From Candidatus Nanopusillus acidilobi (lineage in GTDB: Archaea; Nanobdellota; Nanobdellia; Nanobdellales; Nanobdellaceae): DNA of 32,000 bases. The notes beneath the pieces are model-generated. The model worked only from the letters and a program-made list of their open reading frames with translations. It was not told where the DNA came from and searched no databases. Positions 16,957 through 24,528 of this stretch are shown here, one piece after another (the first letter of the stretch is position 1; each line of letters starts with the position of its first letter). Made by a program: the position numbers and the translations under genes. Where the stretch lies: assembly GCA_001552015.1 (NCBI GenBank), contig CP010514.1:30001-62000 (forward strand), in the 5' to 3' direction.

Positions 16957-17789
16957 GATCATTATCCTTAAAAGATATAATTGAATATATAGCTGCTGCA
17001 GTTGTTATAATATTTACATTTTTTATTGTAGCAATATTATATGCGTTTTTTAATATTGAATCATATTCAGAATATACTTATCAGCAATTTACTAATAGTT
17101 TATTGATTGATAGATTAAATTATTGTTTATATGAAAATACAGGAAATCCATTATTATTATTTTATGCTCCAAATTTGCAGATTATTAATGAATATAATAA
17201 TACATATCAACAATGTTTCATGAATGTATCTGGAACACTTTATTATTATATTAATCAAACAAATCAATCAGATCAAGTTAACTATACATATCTAAATTTT
17301 TCTTATGATGATTATATATATTTCTTTTTCTATGATATTAACAATATAAATAACTCATATTCTTATGATCCATATAACCTTAGTTTTGAAAATGATATAA
17401 ATGTAAATCCAAATTATGTTGCATATAATATTAATAATGTTAGTTATACATATGATGGAAGTTTAGCATCTTTAGATCAGTTTTTAATCAATTATTTCTA
17501 TAATTATAGTTTATATATATTTAATGAAACAGAAAATGCATATGAAAACTATCAAATTATAAATAATACTGCAATATATTATGCTTATGCAGATGGGGAT
17601 TATTATAATGAAATATATATACAACCAATAGCTTCATATTATATTACTTTACCAGAATATGATAGTGGAGAACCTGTAATAGTATCTTTATATGGAGTAG
17701 GAAATCTTTATATGAATGGAATATATAATGAAACATGTAATACGATTGCCGGAGGCCAAATAAATATATCTTCTTGTCAAATTAATTAA
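16953..17789 (+). CDS. N-terminally anchored, Tyr/Asn-rich surface protein
   Basis: 278 aa; MRSLSLKDIIEYIAAAVVIIFTFFIVAILYAFF...; ATGA overlap with the previous gene. Confidence 0.75.
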   Translation: MRSLSLKDIIEYIAAAVVIIFTFFIVAILYAFFNIESYSEYTYQQFTNSLLIDRLNYCLYENTGNPLLLFYAPNLQIINEYNNTYQQCFMNVSGTLYYYINQTNQSDQVNYTYLNFSYDDYIYFFFYDINNINNSYSYDPYNLSFENDINVNPNYVAYNINNVSYTYDGSLASLDQFLINYFYNYSLYIFNETENAYENYQIINNTAIYYAYADGDYYNEIYIQPIASYYITLPEYDSGEPVIVSLYGVGNLYMNGIYNETCNTIAGGQINISSCQIN

Positions 17790-17795
17790 AGTACA

Positions 17796-18293
17796 ATGAA
17801 AATACAAATTGGTTTCTTTTTATCATTTATGGTTGCAATATTAATTATTATAGTAGTATTCTTTATATTTATTTTTGGTATATTTTCATATGGAAATCCA
17901 ACACTAAATAATATTGCAGATTTAAATACTGTTGGTATTGAATATAAATCTGCAAATGGTTTTTTAGATTCTTTAATTTACTTTGATAATGTAACTGTTC
18001 CTGTAATAGATATATATGCAGGGTTTTATAATGATACAGAATTGGATAATTATATAATAAATGAATTGGTAAATGATGAATTATATTATTTAAATAATTC
18101 AGCTACAATTTTATCGTTCTATTTAAATAATTATACAGTTATTGGAGTATGCCCAAATAAAGAATATATACCTTATAATGTTTATTTAGATGGTAACTTT
18201 TATACATTCTATGTTTGTCCGCCAACAGTATTATATAATTTTTATGTAAATTACAGTTATAATATATATAGTTCATCTAATCAATTAACTTAA
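17796..18293 (+). CDS. N-terminally anchored surface protein
   Basis: 165 aa; MKIQIGFFLSFMVAILIIIVVFFIFIFGIFSYG... Confidence 0.7.
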   Translation: MKIQIGFFLSFMVAILIIIVVFFIFIFGIFSYGNPTLNNIADLNTVGIEYKSANGFLDSLIYFDNVTVPVIDIYAGFYNDTELDNYIINELVNDELYYLNNSATILSFYLNNYTVIGVCPNKEYIPYNVYLDGNFYTFYVCPPTVLYNFYVNYSYNIYSSSNQLT

Positions 18294-18324
18294 AGTTAAT
18301 AATTTTAAAATTCATTGATTTTAT

Positions 18325-19830
18325 ATGAAAACATCTTTAGCACCATTAGCATTATTAATAGGAGTAATAATTTTAGTTCTCTTTGGTATATATTATTTAA
18401 ATTCTCAGATGGAACTTTCAACTCAATCTTTAAAATATTTAAGTGAAGATTATATTGCATATCAGGGATTTTTATATTTATTATTTGTTTATATTCCATT
18501 TGATATTAGATATAATTTAATAAATAATCTTTTAACAAATATTTTTTACCCTGTTTATAATCAGGGTTATGTATTTGAAAATAGTATTCCATATTATTAT
18601 TATTACTCTTGTGAAATTCCTTTTTTATTTAAATACAATATAAGTAACTCTATAATTTATCCTGTTTATTCTATTGGAAATAATTATTATATAAATTATT
18701 CATTATGTGTTCCAATAATTCCTTTAGATAATTTAAGTGATATAAATAATAATATTTTTTATAGTGTTGCAAATACTGTAGAGAAAAATTTAAACGAAGA
18801 AATTGGAATTTTAAATTTTAAATATGCAAATTTTTCATATCAGGATTTTTATTATGACAGTTCTATTAATAGTTTTGTATTATCAAATCCTCAATATTCT
18901 TTCTTTGTATTAAGCAAATATGAAAGAAATTTATCTTTTCCTCAATTAAATAATCGAATAGATTATTCAGTATACCCATTTTTATTATATTATAATGAAT
19001 TAATTGATTATTTATATAATCAAACATTTCAATTCATATATTATAATTTAACAAATCAATCAGATTATATATATTTATATCAAAATTCGTATTCTAATGA
19101 AACAGTTGGTGATAATTTATACTTAGATTTGTCGTTTAATAATCCCTATTATTATGTTCTGGATTTGTATACATCTCAACCTATACCATCAGAATATCCA
19201 GGCATTACAAATGTAACAATTGTAATACCATGTGAATCTGTTGGACAGATCGTAAATAATCAATGTATTATAAATGATACATATAGTGAATATATGAATG
19301 AATGCTTATATTCAAATATAAATAATATATTGTTAAATTATCAATCATATAATATAAATAAAGAGAATATATTCAATGAATATTGGTATAACATAACTAG
19401 TGTAAATATTAGTAATGAAGAAAATGTAGAAGTTAATAGAAGTTTTGTTGAAAATATATTAGAAAATTATACATATTATACTGACGGATATTATCCAGCT
19501 TTAATACCTGTAGATCTTCAAATAAATTATAGTAATGTTAGTTGTTCTATATATAATGAAACATTACAATTTGGACCATATAAATATTATTCTAATTGTT
19601 CATCAGCACAAGACTATTTATCGAATTTATGTATAATTGAACACACATGCTATGCAGTGAAAGCACACGGATATTCAGGAGTTTATTTTTTTAATGCTAT
19701 ATGTCCTGTTCCAGAAACAAGTATAAATAATCAATTTACATACAATTACTATTTATATGAATTTGTAGAAATAAATAATGAAACAATAAATGATTATTGC
19801 GATAATTTATATTGTTATATAATAGGATAA
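18325..19830 (+). CDS. Large N-terminally anchored, Tyr/Asn-rich, Cys-containing surface protein; last gene of the array
   Basis: 501 aa; MKTSLAPLALLIGVIILVLFGIYYLNSQMELSTQ...; ectodomain with many NxS/T sequons and Cys. Confidence 0.75.
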   Translation: MKTSLAPLALLIGVIILVLFGIYYLNSQMELSTQSLKYLSEDYIAYQGFLYLLFVYIPFDIRYNLINNLLTNIFYPVYNQGYVFENSIPYYYYYSCEIPFLFKYNISNSIIYPVYSIGNNYYINYSLCVPIIPLDNLSDINNNIFYSVANTVEKNLNEEIGILNFKYANFSYQDFYYDSSINSFVLSNPQYSFFVLSKYERNLSFPQLNNRIDYSVYPFLLYYNELIDYLYNQTFQFIYYNLTNQSDYIYLYQNSYSNETVGDNLYLDLSFNNPYYYVLDLYTSQPIPSEYPGITNVTIVIPCESVGQIVNNQCIINDTYSEYMNECLYSNINNILLNYQSYNINKENIFNEYWYNITSVNISNEENVEVNRSFVENILENYTYYTDGYYPALIPVDLQINYSNVSCSIYNETLQFGPYKYYSNCSSAQDYLSNLCIIEHTCYAVKAHGYSGVYFFNAICPVPETSINNQFTYNYYLYEFVEINNETINDYCDNLYCYIIG

Positions 19831-20403
19831 AAGATTTTTATAAAATATATCTATCCTTTTTCTTACATTCTTTAATTTTTCATTTGCTTCTTTTACTAAA
19901 TTATAAAAATATTCTTTGCTTACTAATAATTTTCTATTTTTTGATACAATTGTTTCAATTTTTTCATTTCCAACAATTTCAACCATTACTCTTTTATCGT
20001 TTATTAAAAATATTCCAGAATGTTTAAATCCTGATTTTCTTGCAATATTTAATAATTCATATGCTTTTTCTATATTTTTTGAAGATACATGCAAAATAAA
20101 TGGTTCTTGTTTAAAGTATATTTTTTCATCATAATTTTTATATACTTCTAACAATTTATTCCATATATAATAGAAATTTACATAATAATGTGATTTAAAT
20201 AAAAATTCTGCATCGAATTTTTTTCCACTTTTTGGTATTTTTAATAAAATTATCCTGCCCGCACATGAAGATGTTGTAAAAAAGAAATCTAATGAATTAA
20301 TAAGATCTAAGATATGGTATATTGGTTGATCTGCTAAATATTTTTCCTTAGCTTCTTCAAGTTTTTTCATATGATATATTTTTAATTTATTAAATTCATC
20401 CAT
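19807..20403 (-). CDS. taw3: tRNA wybutosine-synthesizing protein Taw3/TYW3
   Basis: 198 aa; DLINSLDFFFTTSSCAGRIILLKIP...FLFKSHYYV...KQEPFILHVSSKNIEKAYELLNIARKSGFKHSGIF. Confidence 0.9.
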   Translation of the reverse strand: MDEFNKLKIYHMKKLEEAKEKYLADQPIYHILDLINSLDFFFTTSSCAGRIILLKIPKSGKKFDAEFLFKSHYYVNFYYIWNKLLEVYKNYDEKIYFKQEPFILHVSSKNIEKAYELLNIARKSGFKHSGIFLINDKRVMVEIVGNEKIETIVSKNRKLLVSKEYFYNLVKEANEKLKNVRKRIDIFYKNLLSYYITI

Positions 20404-20408
20404 ATATT

Positions 20409-20882
20409 ATGGATAAAGAAAAGATAATATTAAATATATTATTCCTAGCATTTTCTATACCAGTAATTTATCTAATATATTATTCATATTCAACATATTT
20501 TAGTGGAAATAAGATGGTAAATCCTGAAAATATATATAATTTATACATATCAAACTTTACTGTAAGTGGAGATTATTTTTCTTTTAATGTAAATAATCCA
20601 AACAATTATTCTGTTGAAATATATTTTTCATATTTAGGATTAAGAAATTCATATCAAACATCATCAATAATTACTTCTGGAAATTTTTTACAAAATATAT
20701 ATATAATACAACCAGGTAATCATATTACATTACAATATAATTTTGAATTGGATGAACAAACAAGATTGACAATTATTCAATGGGAAAAACTTGGTGGAAT
20801 TTTATATTTAACATTATATTATTCATCTGTAGGAAATAATTCTGTTAATGGAATAATAAATTATCAAATAGAAAAAAGCTAG
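20409..20882 (+). CDS. N-terminally anchored small extracytoplasmic protein
   Basis: 157 aa; MDKEKIILNILFLAFSIPVIYLIYYSYSTYF..., then NFTVSGDYFSFNVNNPNNYSVEIYFSYLG: short beta-rich domain. Confidence 0.7.
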   Translation: MDKEKIILNILFLAFSIPVIYLIYYSYSTYFSGNKMVNPENIYNLYISNFTVSGDYFSFNVNNPNNYSVEIYFSYLGLRNSYQTSSIITSGNFLQNIYIIQPGNHITLQYNFELDEQTRLTIIQWEKLGGILYLTLYYSSVGNNSVNGIINYQIEKS

Positions 20883-22066
20883 ACTTTATCAAGATCGCTT
20901 ATTGTAAATATCTTTACTTTATTGCTACTCTTTTGTATACTATCTATACATAATATATATTTTATACTTGTACTTTTTTCTATTTCTTCTAATAATTCTC
21001 TTGTTAATATTCCGTCCATTACTATATATGCTAGATTATTATGTTTCAATATTGTTTCATCCAATTTATCTACAGGTACTTTATTTAATATATTGAAGTT
21101 TTCATCCAATAATAAAGCCTGATCAGTTTTAAATATATCATTCATATATGGTTTTAATTTTTGTAATATTGGATCTTTTATTCTTTTTTCACTCCTAATA
21201 TTTTTTATGTCCTCAATATTTCCTTCTAATTTTTCATAATATGCCCTAATTTGATCAAATGATATCTTATTCTTTAATGCCTTTAATATTTCTTTTCCAG
21301 ATAATTCTTCAACTTCTCTTCCAGGTTCTGGTTTTGCTACAAAATCAATATCAACACCACTTAGCATGCATTCTTTTACTAATAAGTCTCCACCTCTATC
21401 TCCATCAAAGAATGTTGTTACAATTTTTTTCTTTGATAAATCAACTATTGTTTTTGGAACATTTAATCCATTCAATGCTATTACATTTGTAATTCCATAT
21501 CTTAATAGATTTAATACATCTGCTCTTCCTTCTACTAATATTATTTCTTCAGATTTATCTATATCGGGTCCTGCAGGTAATTTTTCAGGTCCATATTCAA
21601 TTAATGTTTTCATATTATGCGAATATTCTAAATATAATAGTAATTCTTTTGGATCTGGTAATTCTTCATTTATTAATTTTCCTAATAATTCTCTAGCTCT
21701 TTCCAATATTTGTTGTACTTTTGTTTTTCTTATATCTTCTATTTTTTGTACTTTTATTGTTGCATGTGTTGGTCCTATCCTTGTTACAGTTTCTAATGTT
21801 GCTGCAATTAATGCAGTTTCAAATCTATTTAAACTTGTTGGTATCCTAATTTCTCCAATTGTTTTATCATTTTCTACCTTAAGATCTACATCTATTCTTC
21901 CAACTTTTCCAGATCTTTGTAATTCTCTTAAATCCATTTCTGATCCTAATAGTCCCTCTGTTTGCCCAAATATTGCTCCTATTACATCTGGTTTCTCAAC
22001 TACTCCATCAATATATACTGATGCATGTATCATATACTTTATGTAAGGTGGTGAAGTCTTTGCCAT
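20879..22066 (-). CDS. dnaG: Archaeal DnaG-type primase (TOPRIM)
   Basis: 395 aa; IIGAIFGQTEGLLG-type motif (VIGAIFGQTEGLLGSEMDLRELQRSGKVGRIDV), EEIILVEGRADVLNLLRYGITNVIALNG, VTTFFDGDRGGDLL. Confidence 0.97.
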   Translation of the reverse strand: MAKTSPPYIKYMIHASVYIDGVVEKPDVIGAIFGQTEGLLGSEMDLRELQRSGKVGRIDVDLKVENDKTIGEIRIPTSLNRFETALIAATLETVTRIGPTHATIKVQKIEDIRKTKVQQILERARELLGKLINEELPDPKELLLYLEYSHNMKTLIEYGPEKLPAGPDIDKSEEIILVEGRADVLNLLRYGITNVIALNGLNVPKTIVDLSKKKIVTTFFDGDRGGDLLVKECMLSGVDIDFVAKPEPGREVEELSGKEILKALKNKISFDQIRAYYEKLEGNIEDIKNIRSEKRIKDPILQKLKPYMNDIFKTDQALLLDENFNILNKVPVDKLDETILKHNNLAYIVMDGILTRELLEEIEKSTSIKYILCIDSIQKSSNKVKIFTISDLDKV

Positions 22067-22162
22067 TATTAAATATTTTTAGGAAAGGTATTTAACTATT
22101 GAAATTTTTATACCTCCAGGTGGTATAATAATACTATAAAAAATGAAATCAAAATTTATTAT

Positions 22163-23281
22163 ATGACCTCATCAGAAAAAATAACAATAAGTGTTCTAAA
22201 AGCTGATATAGGAAGTTTAGTTGGAAATTCAACAATTCCAGAAATATTTGAAGAAACAGCTTCAGATATATTAGATAAATATAAGGGGGAAAAAATATTT
22301 GATTATTTTGTATCTCATGTTGGGGATGATTTAAATTTAATAATATTGCATAATAAAGGGGAAAATAATAGGGAAATACATCAAATTGCATTTGAAATAT
22401 TTAAGAAAAATTCTGAAATTGCAAAAGAAATGAATTTATATGGTGCAGGTGGTGATTTATTAAAAAATGAATTTACAGGTTCATTAATTGGAATGGGACC
22501 TGGAGTTGCAGAAATGGAATTTACATTAAGATCTTCAGAATCAATAATTGTATTTGCTGCAGATAAAACAGAATCTGGAGCATTTAATTATCCTTTATTC
22601 CAAATGTTTGCAAATCCATTTAATACACCAGGTTTGGTAATTGATCCTGATATGAGACCTGGATTTAGATTTGAAGTATGGGATCTATATAATCATAAAA
22701 GAATATATTTGAATTCTCCAGAAGAAATTTATGATTTATTATTATTAATTGGAACATCTGAAAGATTTGCTATAAAAAGGGTATATCCAAGATCTGATAA
22801 ATATCCAAAGGATGAACCTGTTGCAGTTTCTTCTACAGAAAGATTATATGAAGAGGCTGGAAGATATGCTGGAAAAGATGATCCAGTAATGATTGTAAGA
22901 GCTCAAAAAGGATTTCCAGCTGTTGGAGAAATATTAGAAGCATTTTCATTTCCATATATGGTAAATGGATGGATGAGGGGATCATATTGGGGTCCTTTAT
23001 TACCTGTAAGTTTAAAAAATGCGAGAGCAACAAGATTTGATGGTCCTCCAAGGGTAATTGCATTGGGATTTCAAGTAAAAAAAGATAAATTATATGGACC
23101 AGAAGATATGTTTGATGATCCAGCATTTGATTATACAAGAAATAAAGCATTAGAAATTGCAGATTACATAAGAAGACATGGTCCATTTGAACCACATAGG
23201 GTATCCTATGAAGATCTATTAACAACTACAGTAAACCCCATATTAGATAAACTAATTCAAAGATTTGAGGATATAAAGTAA
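22163..23281 (+). CDS. fbp: Fructose-1,6-bisphosphate aldolase/phosphatase (archaeal type V)
   Basis: 372 aa; KITISVLKADIGSLVGNSTI...VGDDLNLIILH...GAGGDLLKNEFTGSLIGMGPGVAEMEF...ADKTESGAFNYPLFQMFANPFNTPGLVIDPDMRPGFRFEVWD...EPHRVSYEDL. Confidence 0.95.
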   Translation: MTSSEKITISVLKADIGSLVGNSTIPEIFEETASDILDKYKGEKIFDYFVSHVGDDLNLIILHNKGENNREIHQIAFEIFKKNSEIAKEMNLYGAGGDLLKNEFTGSLIGMGPGVAEMEFTLRSSESIIVFAADKTESGAFNYPLFQMFANPFNTPGLVIDPDMRPGFRFEVWDLYNHKRIYLNSPEEIYDLLLLIGTSERFAIKRVYPRSDKYPKDEPVAVSSTERLYEEAGRYAGKDDPVMIVRAQKGFPAVGEILEAFSFPYMVNGWMRGSYWGPLLPVSLKNARATRFDGPPRVIALGFQVKKDKLYGPEDMFDDPAFDYTRNKALEIADYIRRHGPFEPHRVSYEDLLTTTVNPILDKLIQRFEDIK

Positions 23282-23323
23282 GGAAGGTATTATTTTTAAA
23301 TATATTTTTTTTAACAATAATAA

Positions 23324-23632
23324 ATGGGTCTTGAATATATATATGCAGTATGGTTATTGCATGAAGCTAAAAAAGAAATAAATGCAGATAATATAAAGAA
23401 GGTATTAACATCAGTAGGAATAGAACCAAATGATGCAATGATAAATGCTGTATTAGCAAGCTTACAGGGAGTTGATTTGGATAAAATAAAGGAAGAATCA
23501 TTATCATTTGCTCCAGCACAGCCTACTCCACAGCAAACAGAGCAAAAGAAAGAAGAAAAACAAGAAAATAAGGCAGAAGAAAAGAAAGAAGAGCAAGCAT
23601 TAGAAGGTTTATCATCGTTGTTTGGTTTCTAA
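23324..23632 (+). CDS. rpl12: Large ribosomal subunit protein P1 (L12 stalk protein)
   Basis: 102 aa; MEYIYA-type start, GVEPND-type motif (VGIEPNDAMINAVLASLQGVDLDKI), acidic linker, C-terminal GLSSLFGF. Confidence 0.95.
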   Translation: MGLEYIYAVWLLHEAKKEINADNIKKVLTSVGIEPNDAMINAVLASLQGVDLDKIKEESLSFAPAQPTPQQTEQKKEEKQENKAEEKKEEQALEGLSSLFGF

Positions 23633-23667
23633 AATTTATAAATTTTTATATATAATTTTATTTTAAG

Positions 23668-24528
23668 GTGACTGATTCAGATAAGATTTATAGGGGCATT
23701 ATCTTGGCAAAAAAGGAATTGATTAAGTTGGGAGAGGAGAAGGAAAATTTATATTCTAGAAAGAAAGCATTATATAAGGAAAGAAAGGAATTACTGGAAA
23801 AATTGAAAGAATTGAGAAGTAAGAAAGAAGAATATAGTAAAGTATTGGATAATTTAATGGAAGAAAGACAAAAAACATTAGAAAAGTTAGAAGAATTAAA
23901 GAAAAAATTGGATGAGATAAAACAAGCAAGAAAAGATATATTTAAGAATAAAGATATTGCAAAAGATATAGGTAAATATAAAAAAGAGTTGGAAACATTA
24001 GAGTATGTTTTACAGACTGAAGTTTTATCATATTCCCAAGAAAAGAAAATTTGGAACAGAATAAAATATTTAAGAAAACTTTTAGGTAAATATGAAGAAA
24101 TATCTTCTGTTTTACAAGAAATTGATAAATTAAAAGAAGAATATAATGCTTATAGATCTAAATTATCAATAATAGGTCAAAATATTAGAAAAAATATCGA
24201 TGAAAGAAAGGTTATAAAAGAACAAATAAAACAAATAAAGGAGAGATTAACACAGATAATGGATGAATATAATAAACTTAAAGAACAAATAAAACAAATA
24301 AAAGATAGAATAAGAGAGCTTGAAGATAAATTAAATGAAGATTTACAAAGATATATAAGTCAGAGATTACAAAAACAAACAATTGAAATATCAGATGAGG
24401 AAAAGAATAAAATAATTGAAGAATATTCAAAGATACAACAAAAAATTATGAATGGTTCTGAGCTATCAATGGATGAAATATTAGTAATGCAAAAATATGA
24501 ATTATTAAAGAAAAGGGGTGCAATCTAA
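23668..24528 (+). CDS. COG1340-like coiled-coil protein
   Basis: 286 aa, GTG start; long heptads and ETLEYVLQTEVLSYSQEKKIWNRIKYLRKLL, resembling the archaeal COG1340 family. Confidence 0.75.
   Translation: MTDSDKIYRGIILAKKELIKLGEEKENLYSRKKALYKERKELLEKLKELRSKKEEYSKVLDNLMEERQKTLEKLEELKKKLDEIKQARKDIFKNKDIAKDIGKYKKELETLEYVLQTEVLSYSQEKKIWNRIKYLRKLLGKYEEISSVLQEIDKLKEEYNAYRSKLSIIGQNIRKNIDERKVIKEQIKQIKERLTQIMDEYNKLKEQIKQIKDRIRELEDKLNEDLQRYISQRLQKQTIEISDEEKNKIIEEYSKIQQKIMNGSELSMDEILVMQKYELLKKRGAI

Noticed and set aside
15713-18499. ORFs 15713-15919(-), 16146-16328(-) and 18305-18499(-)
   Set aside because: Overlap and oppose well-packed genes of the surface array and lack motifs.
8063-20882. Prophage or integrated element explanation for the surface gene block
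   Set aside because: No integrase, terminase, capsid or att-like duplications recognised, and VKOR, Taw3 and dnaG flank or interleave with it; a mobile origin cannot be excluded but is unsupported.
21366-22046. 226-aa plus-strand ORF opposite dnaG
   Set aside because: Shadow frame of the well-supported dnaG gene; Ser/Thr/Asn/Phe-rich translation with no domain logic.
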